Assembly (NCBI GenBank): GCA_038087875.1
Contig: CM075999.1
Coordinates: 2,606,001 to 2,670,000, forward strand
Reading direction: 5' to 3'
DNA from: Malacoraja senta
Taxonomy: Eukaryota
DNA: 64,000 bases
Part shown: in pieces, positions 10,536-23,356 of the stretch
Layout: the number at the start of each line of letters is the position of its first letter
How positions within the stretch are numbered: position 1 is the stretch's first letter
Position numbers and translations under genes: made by a program
The notes under the pieces: model-generated
The model's database searches: none
Seen by the model: only the letters and a program-made list of their open reading frames with translations
Told to the model about the DNA's origin: nothing

Positions 10536-11166
10536 TCTACACACTGTAAATGGATCGATTGTAATCATGTACTGTCTAGCCGCTGACTGGTTAGCACGCA
10601 ACAATTAAATGGGACATGCTATAAAATGTTGTTGTACTAAATTCTGAAATTATATTCATTTATTTGCTTTGAAATTATTTTCCATTTAATTCTGCTGCTT
10701 TGCCAGTGAAAAACTTTGAAAGTGACAAAATGTCCAATGGTTTATTAGGACTTGTTTTAAAACCATCGCTTGAGCGATCAGTAAATAATTTAATATTGTA
10801 AATCTGCATTCAATGGGTTTTAAATGAAAGAGATATAACATATTTCCCCTTTCACTGTGAGCCTACTTGGTATTTGCATCATGCAGACAGAATCAGATCT
10901 TCACTATTCTCTCGAGATAGCCTACAGGTACTACAAGATCTAGAGTCACTGATTTCCTGCATGCTAAATCAATAACATAAGTTATCCCTGTAAAAGCTTA
11001 CTAGGGGTGTTGCTCAGAATGTAATTAAAGAGGTTCCCCTATCCCTTGAATCCAAGTGTGAAATGTATTGGGCTGTTAAAGGCCATTGTGAGTGGATTTA
11101 ATAGGTGAGGGGACAGAAGGGGGCCATTTTACTTACCTTGTTGAGACAAAGCAGTGATCGCTGAGA

Positions 11167-11330
11167 TGTGGGGAAGGAACTGCAGATGCTGGTTTACACC
11201 AAAGATAGGCACAAAGTGCTGGAGGAACTCAGCGGGCCAGGCAGCATCCCTGGTGAAAAGGAATAGGTGATGTTTCGGGTGAAGGCCCACTGTTTGAAAG
11301 AGGTCTCGACCCGAAACGTCACCTATTCCT
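11167..11330. mobile_element. Fold-back PLE terminal fragment
   Basis: Inverted pLTR halves (aggaataggtgatgtttcgggt ... acccgaaacgtcacctattcct). Confidence 0.7.
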
Positions 11331-13022
11331 TTTAGTTTAGTGTAGTTTAGTTTAGAGATACAGCGAGGAAACAGGCCCTTCGGCCCGCCGAGTCCGCACC
11401 GACCAGCGATCCCCGCACATTAACACTATCCTACATACACTGGGGACAATTTACATTTACACCAAGCCAATTAACCTACAAACCTGCACGTCTTTGGAGT
11501 GTCGGAGGAAACCGAAGATCTCGGAGAAAACCCACGCGGGTCACGGGGAGAACGCACAAACTCCGTACAGACAGCACCTGTAGTCGGGATCGAACCCGGG
11601 TCTCCGGCGGCACAAGTGCTGTAAGGCAGCAACTCTACCGCTGCGCCACAGTGCCGCCCAGCTTTGCCCCAGAGATGCTGCCTGAGTCGCTGTGGAACTC
11701 CAGAATTTTGTGTCTTTCTTCTGTGATCAATCACTCACTGCAATAAAAACAGATAATGCAAGAAGGTCCCTCCGTGTCGGCAACAGACTAATGTTCCAGG
11801 CAGCGAGCAGAAGTGCAGGGAATGGAGGGTCATGTACAGGCAGAGAAGATTAGTTGAGCTTGGCTTCATGTTCAGCACAGTCATTGTGGGCTGAAGGGTG
11901 TGCTTCTCTGCTGTTTTCATATTGCAAGCCAATTTGTAAATGGAAATGCAGGGAATGGAGGGATATAGATCATGTGCAGGCAGACAAGACTTAAAGGGAG
12001 GCACGGTGGTGCAGCGGTAGAGTTGCTGCCTCACAGCGCCAGAGACCCGGGTTCGATCCCGACTGCGGGTGCTGTCTGTGCTGAGTTTGTACGTTCTCCC
12101 CGTGACCCGCGTGGGTTTTCTCCGAGATCTTCGGTTTCCTCCCACACTCCAAAGACGTGCAGGTTTGTAGGTTAATTGGCTTGGTGCATGTGTAAATTGT
12201 CCCTAGTGTTAGTGTAGGATAGTGTTAGTGTGCGGGGATGGCTGGTCGGCGCGGACTCGGTGGGCCGAAGGGCCTGTTTCCGCGCTGTATCTCTGTAGCT
12301 TCCAAAAACCCATCAATCTTGCTCTTTAATGTTGAATGTCCGATACCTGGGCAAACAATTACAAAGGTTCGTGACGCACTGGGCCAAGAAACGTCTCCTC
12401 AGTGTGTGCGGTTAGAAGATGCTTTTACCCGTCTCCGTAAAGCTGATTTAAAATGCTGTAAAAAGATTACGATAGTTGACAGCTCCATTTAAAACTCAGT
12501 GTTCTCAGCCTCCCTTGTGGATTGCTACATCATCTCCGAAACAGCAGGCATTAGTGAAAAGCCAGCGCTTCTATGCACAGCCCAGACGTTACCTATCAGC
12601 CCCAAAGGCACAGACATACCACCTAGCCAGCACTCTTCCAGCCCCTGGGGAGTGCTGCTGACTAGTTGATAGAGGGCAACGTATACTTGAGGGGCGAGAA
12701 CATAGAAGATAGAACATAGAACGGTGGCACTGTGGCGCAGCGGTAGAGATGCTGCCTCACAGCGCCAGAGACCCGGGTTCGATCCCGACAACGGGTGCTG
12801 GCCGTACGGAGTTTGTACGTTCTCCCCGTGACCTGCGTGGGTTTTCTCCGAGATCTTCGGTTTCCTGCCACACTCCGAAGACATGCAGGTTTGGCTTGGT
12901 ATATGTGTAAATTGTCCCAAGTGTGTGTGTAGGGTAGCGTTAATGTGCAGGGATCGTTGGTCGGTGCGAATTCGGTGGGCCGAAGGGCCTGTTTCCGCGC
13001 TGCATCTCTAAAATAAACTAAA
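11330..13022. mobile_element. Three V-SINE copies (11330-11660 -, 11998-12295 +, 12722-13022 +)
   Basis: Same SINE consensus as elsewhere. Confidence 0.85.
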
Positions 13023-13339
13023 CATAGAACAGTGCAGCACAGGAACAGGCCCTTCGGCCCACAAAGTCTGTGCTGAACATGAAGCCAAGATCAACTTTCG
13101 GCATCCTGAATATAATCCAAATCCCTCCAATCCTTGCATATCCATAAATTTGTAAATTCATGTTATGGGGGCATCAAGTCTACTCCGCCATTCAATCATG
13201 GCTGATCTATCTCTCCCTCTCAACCCCATTCTCCTGCCTTCTCCCCATAACCCCTGACACCCATACTAATCAAGAAACCAGAGAAAACCCACGCAGGTCA
13301 CGGGGAGAATGTACAAACTCCGTACAGGCAGCACCCTTA

Positions 13340-13670
13340 TAGCCCTGTCCCACGGTACGAGTTCATTCCGAGAGCTCTCCCGAGTTTTTAAAAAATCAAA
13401 CTCGTGGTAAGCACGGAGAATGAACGTAGCGGGTACGTCGGAGCTCGGGGACGTCTCTAAGCGGCTCCTAACGCTAACGGCGGGTACTCAGGAAGACTCG
13501 CTAATGGCAGGTAAGCTCGGGAAGACTCGGGAAGATTTTTCAACACGTTGCAAAATGTCCACGAGAGCCCCGAGTACCGACGAGTGGCCATTATTGTAAA
13601 TCTCCGAGTTCGAATCAGGGCAAACTCGGGGAGAGCTCTTGGAATGAACTCGTACCGTGGGACAGGGCTT
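13340..13670. mobile_element. PIF/Harbinger-type MITE, family A, inserted in a V-SINE
   Basis: TIR TAGCCCTGTCCCACGGTACGAGTTCATTCC / GGAATGAACTCGTACCGTGGGACAGGGCTT; TTA TSD. Confidence 0.85.
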
Positions 13671-15098
13671 TTAGTCAGGATCGAACCCGGGTCACTGACG
13701 CTGTGAGGCAGCAACTCTACCGCTGCACCATCGTGCCGTTCTGGACACCCATCACCCTCTGTGTAAAAGGCTTGCTCCACACATCTCCCTTAAACTTTGC
13801 CCAATCTCCTGCCAGCTATGTTCAATGTTAGTGTGAGGGTCAGCGAGTGATTTAATGCCCTAAGGCTACAAATTACATCAGAACCACTCTCTGAGTACAA
13901 TCAATTTTCTGCACACGTTTACATCTTTTTGCCCTAAAATTTAAATCTGTGTCCTAAAGTCCTTGAACCATCTGTTTGTGAGAACAGCTTCCGTCTGCCT
14001 TCTCTATCGAACCCAATCAAAATCTTGTACGGAGGCATGTTCACCTACTCTGATGATGACAACATCTAATTATTATATATTTTCAAAGATGGGATATTAA
14101 GACACTGGTGAATATCAGCGCACATCAGTATGATTACCCAGGACTAGCGTTCTTAAACATCCAGTGAAGATGAGGACTCAACTAATAAAAATTGAAGATA
14201 GACACAAAATGCTGGAGAGACTCAGCGGGACAGGCAGCATCTCTGGAGAGAAGGAACGGGTGACGTTTCGGGTCGAGACCCTTCTTCAGCCCGAGAGTCA
14301 GGGAAGAGGGTAAGGTGTGAAAACGAGACATCAAAATAGATGCGAATCAAGGAAAATGTAGAACAGATCAGATAAAATTAAATCAGGGACAGTCAGGCTG
14401 GTCGGAGTAAAGAAAATTGAAGATAGACACAAAATGCTGGAGCAGCTCAGCGGGACAGGCAGCATCTCTGGAGAGAAGGAATGGGTGACTAAAAATGGAG
14501 TCAATTTATTTAGCTGGGCGTCACCATTTGCCTTTAATGTGCTGAATATTTCCTTTTTCGTTTTGACAACACTGACAACACTGTACTATTGGGTATGTCA
14601 GAGTGTCTGCTCTGTTTGATGTGACATGGTCTAGGCAGAGCTTGAAGCATGACCCACAGAGAAAAGGTTAAAGAAAGTAAAATTCTACTGCAATGGTATC
14701 TCCTCAGATAGTCAGAGAGTGATACAGTGTGGAAACAGGCCCTTCGGCCCACAGAGTCCTCGCCGACCGATCCCTGCACACTAACACTATCCTACACACA
14801 CTAGGGACAATTAACAATGATACCAAGCCAATTAAGGTCATAAGGAATTGGAGTAGAATTAGGCCATTCGGCCCATCAAGTCTACTCCACCATTCAATCA
14901 TGGCTGATCTGTCTCTCCCTCCTAACCCCATTCTCCTGCCTTCTCCCCATAACATCTAACACCTGTACTAATCAATTAACCTACAAATCTGTATCAAGTG
15001 TGGGAGGAAACCAGAGCACCCAGAGAAAACAAATGTGGTCTCAGGGAGAACATACAAACTCCGTAGTCAGGATTGAACCTGGGTCTCTGGCACTGTAA

Positions 15099-15437
15099 TA
15101 GCCCTGTCCCACGGTACAAGTTCATTTCAAGAGCTCTCCCAAGTTTAAAACCCGAGTTTAAAATCAAACTCGTGGTAAGCACGGAGAATGAACGTAGCGG
15201 GTACGTCGGAGCTCGGGGACGTCTCTGAGCGGCTCGTAACGCTAACGGCAGGTACTCGGGAAGACTCGCCAATGGCAGGTAAGCATGGGAAGACTCATGA
15301 AGATTTTTCAACATGTTGAAAAATGTCCACGAGAGCCCCGAGTACCGACGAGTGGCCATTACCGTAAACCTCCGAGTTCGAATCAGGGCAAACTCGGGAG
15401 ATCTCTTGGAATTAACACGTACCGTGGGACAGTGGTT
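15099..15437. mobile_element. PIF/Harbinger-type MITE, family A
   Basis: Same sequence as 13340-13670; TAA TSD. Confidence 0.85.
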
Positions 15438-18270
15438 TAAGGGTCTCTGTGGGAAAGGCAGTACCAGAGAAGTCTGAAGAAGGGTCTCGCCCCGAAAGGT
15501 CACCCATTCCTTCTCTCCAGAGATGCTGCCCGTCCCGCTGAGGAGTTACTCCCGCATTTTGTGTCTCTCTCCCCGGTTCAAACCGGCATCTGCAGTTCCA
15601 TCCGAGGACAAATTGTCAGAGAAGCGTTTGCATTCAGAGGATTTTGTGTGTGCACGACCGACCGTCCGTGAAGAGAAAAGCTGGTGTCAGCATTGCGACG
15701 GGGACGGCCACATGGTTGCAAAACGCCGCAGTTCAGTCATGTCCTTCAGGGAAGTGAATCTGCTGTCTTTGCTGAGATGAACAGAACTATGTGACTGTTC
15801 ACTGACAGCTCTCTCTCTCTCCAACAGCCAAGCAAAAACTCTGCAAGACAATTAAGGCTGATTTATAAATGCTTACTAAAGTGTTTGTCTCGTATAATTT
15901 AGTTTAGTTTATAGATAAAAAATATATATCTATATACTAAACTATTAACCCCGCACATTGACGCTATCCTACGCACACTAGGAACATTTTTTATTATTTA
16001 TACCAAGCCAATTAACCTTCAAACCTGTGGGAGGAAACCGAGGATCCCGGAGGAAACCCACGCAGGTCACGGGGATAACGTACAAACTCGTACAAACAGG
16101 CAGCACCCGTAGTCAGGATCGAACCCGGGTCTCTGGCGCTGTGAGGCAGCAACTCTACCGCAGCGCCACCGTGCCGCCCCTTTCGGTCATTGGCATGTTG
16201 CATAAACAAAGGGCATTGAACGATGGCTGATCTCACTTCTACACAAAAGACGGGCAGCAGCATCTCTAGAGAGAAGGAATGGGCGACGTTTCGGGTCGAG
16301 ACCCTTCTTCAGACTGAGAGCTCCATGACTCTGAGAACCAATGAGACAATGATTGAGACATGAGCACTAGTTAGTTCTAATTAACTAGAACTAAACAGTC
16401 ATCTAGTTACTGTGTATCAAGGATCTGCCCTTACTCAGTGAAGACAGACCCACAATGCTGGCGTGACTCAGCGAGACAGGCAGCATCTCTGGAGGGAAGG
16501 AATGGGTGACGTTTCGGGTCGAGACCCTTCTTCAGACTAGCTGGCAAGATCAACATGGGACAGGGCCTGCCCTAGCCATCAGCCGTGAAATATCTCAGCT
16601 GGAGACGGCCTCAGCAAACAATGGTTCAAGACGGATTAAAGACATCCCATTTACCACAGAGAGTGGGGCAGATAAGATACAAATGAAAATGGATGTAAGA
16701 GGTCAGAGTATTGAGGATGTAGGAGCATTGCGGTGGCAGGGCTAATTAAATGGTAACTTCTCAGGAGCAAGAAATATTGCCATCTGCAGGATTTCACTGA
16801 GATCGGCTGCTGTTCCTTTTTGCTGCAAGATTACGTTGCAAGATCATTTTGCTCGTGCAGGCAAAGCACGCAATAGAACAAAGGGCAGTGCAGCACTGGG
16901 CCAGGCCCTTCGGCCCTGCAGTGTCAGTACTGTGCATGATGTCAAGACCAACTCTTATCAGCCTGCACATAATCCATATCCCTGCATACCCGTGTGCCTA
17001 TCCAAAATCCTCGAATGCGTTTGAACATATTTATAAATTGGCCTGAAATATTAAAAATTATAATTAGTTACTCTAGTTTATTGTCACGTGTACCGAGGTA
17101 CAGTGAAAAGCTTTTTGTTGCGTGCTATCCAGTCAGCGGAAAGACAATACATGATTACAATCGAGCCATTTACAGTGTACAGATAGATGATAAGTGAATA
17201 ACGTTCAGTGCAAGGTAAAGCCAGCAAAGTCCGATCAAGGATAGTCCGAGGTAGGGACAAAAATGCTGGAGAAACTCAGCGGGTGAGGCAGCATCTATGG
17301 AGCGAAGGAATAGGTGACGTTTCAGGTCGAGACCTTTCTTCAGTCTAATCAAGCATGGCTGATCTATCTTTCCCTCACAACCCAATTCTCCTGCCTTCTC
17401 CCCGTAACCCCTGACACCCGTACCAATCAAGAACCTAGCTATCTCTACCTTAAAAATATCCATTGACTTGGCCTCCACCACCGTCTGTGGCAATGAATTC
17501 CACAGATTCACCACCCTCTAACTAACAAAATTCCTCCATTTCCTTTCCAATGGTACGTCCTTTTATTCTGAGGCTGTGCCCTCTGGTCCTAGACTCTCCC
17601 ACTAGTGGAAACTTCATCTCCACATCCGCCTCATGGGAAGAAGAACTGTGGTCAGTCTGAAGAAGAGTCTCCACCCAAAACGTCACCCATTCCTTCTTTC
17701 CCGAGATGCTGTCTGAGTTACTCCACCATTTTGGCAATCAATTCCACAGATTCACCACCCTCTGGCTAAAGAAATTCCTTCTCATCTCCTTTCTAAAGGT
17801 ATAGACTAAAACTAAACCAAAACTAAACGTCCTCTAATTCTGAGGGTTTGTCCTCTGGTCCTAGACTCTCCCACTAGTATCACCCTGCACAGGGAATCGA
17901 ACTTTATTGGCGAAGTCTTGGGAAAAAAAACAGTGTTACGTCAGCAGATTTCAAGCCAGGAACACAGACAGCCACTGCACTGTGGATAAATAGACACTCT
18001 GGATCAGGTTTCACTGCAAAGCTAAATTAGTATGGGTGTCTTGGAGACAGTCTCTCTTGCGTCAGAGCTGATTGGGAATGGGCTGCCACTGTGCTACGAC
18101 TGCTGCCAGCACAGTGAGAGGCTTGGTACTGATCTTGGGCCAGAGAGGCAGTGTCATAGCACTAAGCTATACCCAGATGGAGCAGGGCAATGATTATAAT
18201 AGGAAAATGCACAGGAAAATCTCCAGTGCCACTAAGAAGCATCCAGTCCCTGCCTCGATTGCTGAGCTAA

Positions 18271-18790
18271 CATAGAAACATAGAAGATAGGTGCAGGAGT
18301 AGGCCATTCGGCCCTTCGAGCCTGCACCGCCATTCAATATGATCATGGCTGATCATCCAACTCAGTATCCTGTACCTGCCTTCTCTCCATACCCCCTGAT
18401 CCCTTTAGCCACAAGGGCCACATCTAACTCCCTCTTAAATATAGCCAATGAACTGGCCTCAACTACCTTCTGTGGCAGAGAATTCCACAGATTCACCACT
18501 CTCTGTGTGAAAAATGTTTTTCTCATCTCGGTCCTAAAAGACTTCCCCCTTATCCTTAAACTGTGACCCCTTGTTCTGGACTTCCCCAACATCGGGAACA
18601 ATCTTCCTGCATCTAGCCTGTCCAACCCCTTAAGAATTTTGTAAGTTTCTATAAGATCCCCCCTCAATCTTCTAAATTCTAGCGAGTACAAGCCAAGTCT
18701 ATCCAGTCTTTCTTCATATGAAAGTCCTGCCATCCCAGGAATCAGTCTGGTGAACCTTCTCTGTACACCCTCTATGGCAAGAATGTCTTG
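18271..18790 (-). mobile_element. CR1 LINE 3' fragment (young subfamily)
   Basis: Uninterrupted ORF2 C-terminus MAGLSYEERLDRLGLYSLEFRRLRGDLIETYKI...; (TTTCTATG)n tail; near-identical to 46770-47090. Confidence 0.9.
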
Positions 18791-19609
18791 CGAGTTCAGG
18801 CCTCAGGCAAGAATGTCTAACGATGATCTATTCTACATTTTCCTCGAGCTTTGTCCCCTTTGATCTCTCCTTTTCACACCTTACTCTTCCATATCTCTGT
18901 TTCTCCCTCTCCCCGGTCAGAAGAAGGGTCTCGGCCCAAAACGTCACCCATTCCTTCTCTCCAGAGATGCTGCCTGTCTCACTGAGTTACTCCGGCATTT
19001 TGTGTCTGTCTTCGGTTGTAACAGATATGTGCTTTCAGAATGGATATAGCTTGCCCGACAATTAAACCAGTTAGTTAAAAGTGGCGACACAAGCAACTGC
19101 AGATGCAGTTACAAATAAAGGCACAAAGTGCTGGAGTAACTCAGAGGGTAGGCAGCATAGCTGGAGGACATGGATAGGTGACGTTTCAGCTTGGGACCCT
19201 TTTTTCAAACATCACCTATCCAAGTTTTCCAGAGATGCTGCCTGACCAGCTGAGTTACTCCAGCACTTTGTGTCTTTTTATAGACAAATCACTGCTCTTT
19301 CACCACCTGCTCCTGCATTCCCCCTATCTATTCCCCTCATGAATGTACACACCTCCAGAAGATCACCCCTCAGCCTCCTGCCCTCTCAAGGAATCAAGTC
19401 CTGGCCTGCCCCGGCCTCTCTCTACAGCTCAGGACCTCAAATCCGGGCCACATCCTCGTAAATCTTCTCTGAACTCTTTCCAACTTAAACATCTTTCCTA
19501 CAGCATCACAGCACTGAAGCAGTTTGCATTCAGAGTGTTCCCATGGAATGTCTGGCAAGAGTTGCCGAATGATCAATGTGAAAAATAGGTTCTGTGGTGT
19601 TTATTTATT

Positions 19610-20700
19610 TATTTATTTCATTCTTTATTTCGAACAGAATAAAAGAATAAAAAGCAAGTGTGAAACTGCATACAAAAAAAACAAAACAAGAATATTTATA
19701 AAGTGTCATAAACAATATTTAGACAATAGACAATAGGTGCAGGATTAGGCCATTTGGCCCTACGAGCCAACACTGCCATTCAATGTGATCATGGCTGATC
19801 ATCCACAATCAGTACCCCGTTCCAGCCTTCTCCCCATATCCCCTGACTCCGCTATTTTTAAGAGCCCTATAAATAAATGAAATCGTATGTGTCCGAAAAG
19901 GAGCAGGAAGAAGCCAAAGTTATTAATTCCCACGGTACACAAAAATGCTGGAGAAACTCAGCAGGTGCAGCAGCATCTATGGAGCGAAGGAAATAGGCAA
20001 CGTTTCGGGCCGAAACCCTTCTTCAGACTGATAGGGGGTGGGGAGAAGAAAGGAAAAAAGGAAAAAGGCGGAGGAGGAGCCCGAGGGCTGGGGGAGGTGA
20101 GGAGACAACCAGATGGCTGATGAAGGGGAGGGGACAGCAAGGGCTAGCAGAATTGGGAGAATTCAATGTTCAAGCCCCCAGGATGTAGACTGCCCAAGCG
20201 GAATATGAGGTGCTCATATTAATTCCCACCCCTTATTCAACTGCTTATACAAATTTAGCAGCTATAAACATCTATTTCCATATGTACACCACATTATTTA
20301 CATTTATTCACTAATCAAAGATTTACAAAGCCATGCAAAAAAAGAGAGAGAAAACAAAACAAAAAACCTGTACGATCCAGTATCTCTTAGTCATATATAC
20401 AACCCATCACCCTAGAATCACCCTTCCCAATATAATCAGTATAACAAATATCCCACACAATCACCTATCCTCATCCCAATATCCTTAAAAAAAAAGTGTA
20501 TTTGTACCTTTTTAAACTGAATTATGTTTGTGCTAAGTTTTATCTCTTGTTCCAAACCGTTCCACAAATTCATCCCACAGATTGCTATGCACATACTTTT
20601 AAGAGTTGTTCTGACATTGAGTTTTTTTTAATTAAGTTCCCCTCTCAAATTATACCCGCCCTGTCTTTCCATAAACAGTTTATATAACATTTATATAGAG
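19610..20700 (-). mobile_element. Crack/Daphne-like (L2-group) LINE 3' fragment with nested CR1 and PLE
   Basis: Minus strand reads GYNLRG..VRTTLKSMCIAICGMNLWNGLEQEIK..IIQFKK; 3' end gttcgaaataaa. Confidence 0.55.
19934..20216 (-). mobile_element. Penelope-like element 3' fragment
   Basis: HLIFRLGSLHPGGLNIEFS remnant plus pLTR; 13-bp TSD TATTAATTCCCAC (19921-19933, 20217-20229). Confidence 0.85.
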
Positions 20701-20764
20701 ACATCCAAAAGTATATAGGTATGTGAGCTCACACTACGCTCCACCAGTGTCAGTTTTTAATTTT

Positions 20765-21030
20765 AGTGGAAACCGGCCCTTCGGCCCACCGAGTCCATGC
20801 CGGCCAGCGATCCGCGCACACTTGTACCTGCACTAGGTACAATCCACGGAACCCAGTTAACCTGTATGTCTTTGGGAGTGTGGAAGGAAACCGGAGACCC
20901 CGGAGAAAACCTGTGCGGGTCGCGGGATGAACGTACAAACTCCATACAGACAGCACCCGTAGTCGGGATCGAACCCGGGACACTGGCGCTGTGAGGTAGC
21001 AACTCTACCGCTGCACCACCGTGCCGCCCT
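20765..21030 (-). mobile_element. V-SINE
   Basis: SINE consensus. Confidence 0.85.
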
Positions 21031-21394
21031 GGCTAATATGTGTGGGACTTCACAGCTGAATCAAAGCCCAATTTCTCATGCAGATGGTTCATCGGTTCAC
21101 GGCAACTTACCGATGAAGTGTAGCTTCTCACCTCCACCCCGCTGATTCCTGAGTTGGCCACAATTGTTACCAGTTGTTCCAGATTGAAGATAGTGGGCAC
21201 TCTCATTCATTGACAAAGGTTGAAGGGAAACCTGCTAGAAGTTTATAAAATAAAAAGAGGGACATAGATAGGGTAGACAGTCACAGCCTTTCTCTGAGCA
21301 TGGAAATATCAAATACTAGATGTTATGTCTTCAAGCTGAGAGTGGCAAAGTTTACAGGAAAGATTTTTTTAACACAGAGAGTGGTGAACACCCG

Positions 21395-21715
21395 AGTGGG
21401 TGGCACAGTGCACAGCGGAGAGTTGCTGCCTCACAGCGCTTGCAGCGCCAGATACCCGGGTTCGATCCCGACTATGGGTGCTGTCTGTGCGGGCTTTGTA
21501 CGTTCTCCCCGTGACCGCGAGGGTTTTCTCTTCGGTTTCCTCCCACACTCCGAAGATGAGCAGGTATGTAGGTTAATTGGCTTGGTGTAGGTGTAAAATT
21601 GTCCCCAGTGTGTGTGTAGGATAGTGTTAATGTGCGGGGATCGCTGGTCGGGCGGACTCGGTGGGCCGAAGGGCCTGTTTCCGCGCTGTATCTCTAAACT
21701 AAACTAAACTAAACC
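21395..21715 (+). mobile_element. V-SINE inserted in an older CR1 fragment
   Basis: CR1 sequence resumes at ~22005. Confidence 0.85.
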
Positions 21716-21718
21716 AAA

Positions 21719-21995
21719 GGCAGACAAAAATGCTGGAGAAACTCAGCGGGTGAGGCAGCATCTGTGGAGCGAAGGAAATAGGCAACGTTTCGGGCCGAAA
21801 CCCTTAAGGGTTTCGGCCCGAAACGTTGCCTATTTCCTTAAGGGGTTCGGCCCGAAACGTTGCCTATTTCCTTAAGGGTTTCGTCCCGAAACGTTGCCTA
21901 TTTCCTTCTCTCCATAGATGCTGCTGCACCCGCTGAGTTTCTCCAGCACTTTTGTCTACCTTCGATTTTCCAGCATCTGCAGTTCCTTCTTAAAG
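21719..21995. mobile_element. Fold-back PLE terminal element with internal ~34-bp triplication
   Basis: Inverted halves joined at aacccttaagggtt; flanked by taaaccaaa duplication. Confidence 0.8.
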
Positions 21996-22393
21996 TAAAC
22001 CAAACCTGGACGCGTTGCCAGGGGTGGCGGTGGAGGCAGATATGATAGTTACATTTAGGAAACTTTCAGTTCAGTTTGGTTTATTGTCACGTGTAACAAT
22101 GTAGAGGGAAAAGCTTTTGTTGCGCGCTAACCAGTCAGCATTTTGGATTTGGATCGAGTGCAGGCTGATGAGAGTTGTTCTTGGCATTGTGGTCGGCACA
22201 GGCATTGTGGGCTGAAGGGCCTGTTCTTGTGCTGTACTGTTCTATGTTCTATGCAACTGACACGATGCTACTATCTTTTGGGAAAAAGCCTAAAAAACGT
22301 GACCACGAGGTTCAAGAACAGCTTGTTCACAGCAAACATCAGGCTCTTGAACACAGCACAACATTGACCTCAGCAACTACGGACTTTGGTTGC

Positions 22394-23356
22394 ATAGAAA
22401 CATAGAAAAATAGGTGCAGGAGTAGGCCATTTGGCCCTTTGGGCCAGCACCGCCATTGAATATGATCATGGCTGATCATCCAAAATCAGTACCCCGTTCC
22501 TGCTTTTTCCCCATATCCCTTGATTCCGATAGCCCTAAGAGCTAAATCTAATTCTCTCTTGAAAACATTCAGAGAATTGGCCTCCACTGTGCCAGAGAAT
22601 TCCACAGATTCACAACTCTCTGTGTGAAGTTGTTCCTCATCTCAGTCCTAAATGGCCTACCCCTTATTCTTAAACTGTGAACCCTGGTTCTGGACTCCCC
22701 CAACATCGGGAACATTTTTCCTGCATCTTGCCTGTCCAGTCCTTTAAGAATATGATATTTCTTTAAGATCACCTCACATCCTAAATTCCACTGTATACAA
22801 GCCCAATCGACCCATGCTTTCATCATATGTCAGTCCCGCCATCCTGGGAATTACCTGGTGAACCTACGCTGCACTCCCTCAATAGCAATAATGTCCTTCC
22901 TCAAATTAGGAAACCAAAATTGCACACAATACTCCAGGTGCGGTCTCACCATGGCCCTGTACAACTGCAGAAGGACCTCCTTGCTCCTAAACTCAAATCT
23001 TCTTGCAATGAAGGCCAACATGCCATTCGCTTTCTTCACTGCCTGCTGTACCTGCATGCTTACTTTCTCATTTATTCACATTATACTGCATCTGCCATGC
23101 ATCTTCCCACTCACCCAAACCTATATTTAAGCTTGAATGGCCACACAGTGGCTCAGCGGTAGAGTTGCTGCCTCACAGCGCCAGAGACCCGGGTTCAATC
23201 CCGACTACAGGCGCTGTGTACGTTCTCCCCGTGGGTTTTCTCCGGGTGCTCCGGTTTCCTCCCACACTCCAAAGACGTACAGGTTTGCAGGTTAATTGGC
23301 TTGGTATAAATGTAAATTGTCCCTAGTGTAGGATAGTGTTAGTGTGCGGTGATCGC
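22394..23356. repeat. Left copy of local direct duplication (CR1 fragment - plus V-SINE 5' part +)
   Basis: Shares private variants with 26994-28970. Confidence 0.85.

Larger units (their letters stand above)
8262..10600 (+). mobile_element. Rex1/Babar-like LINE 3' fragment fragmented by nested insertions
   Basis: Coding/3'UTR continuity resumes across inserts at 8450-8871, 9023-9994 and ~10105-10535. Confidence 0.7.

Noticed and set aside
11972..12175. Recurrent ORFs such as HGGAAVELLPHSARDPGSI
   Set aside because: Incidental translations of the V-SINE, not genes
21111..21210. Minus-strand GTAAGT donor with open frames upstream
   Set aside because: No convincing acceptor before CR1 sequence; peptide not recognisable
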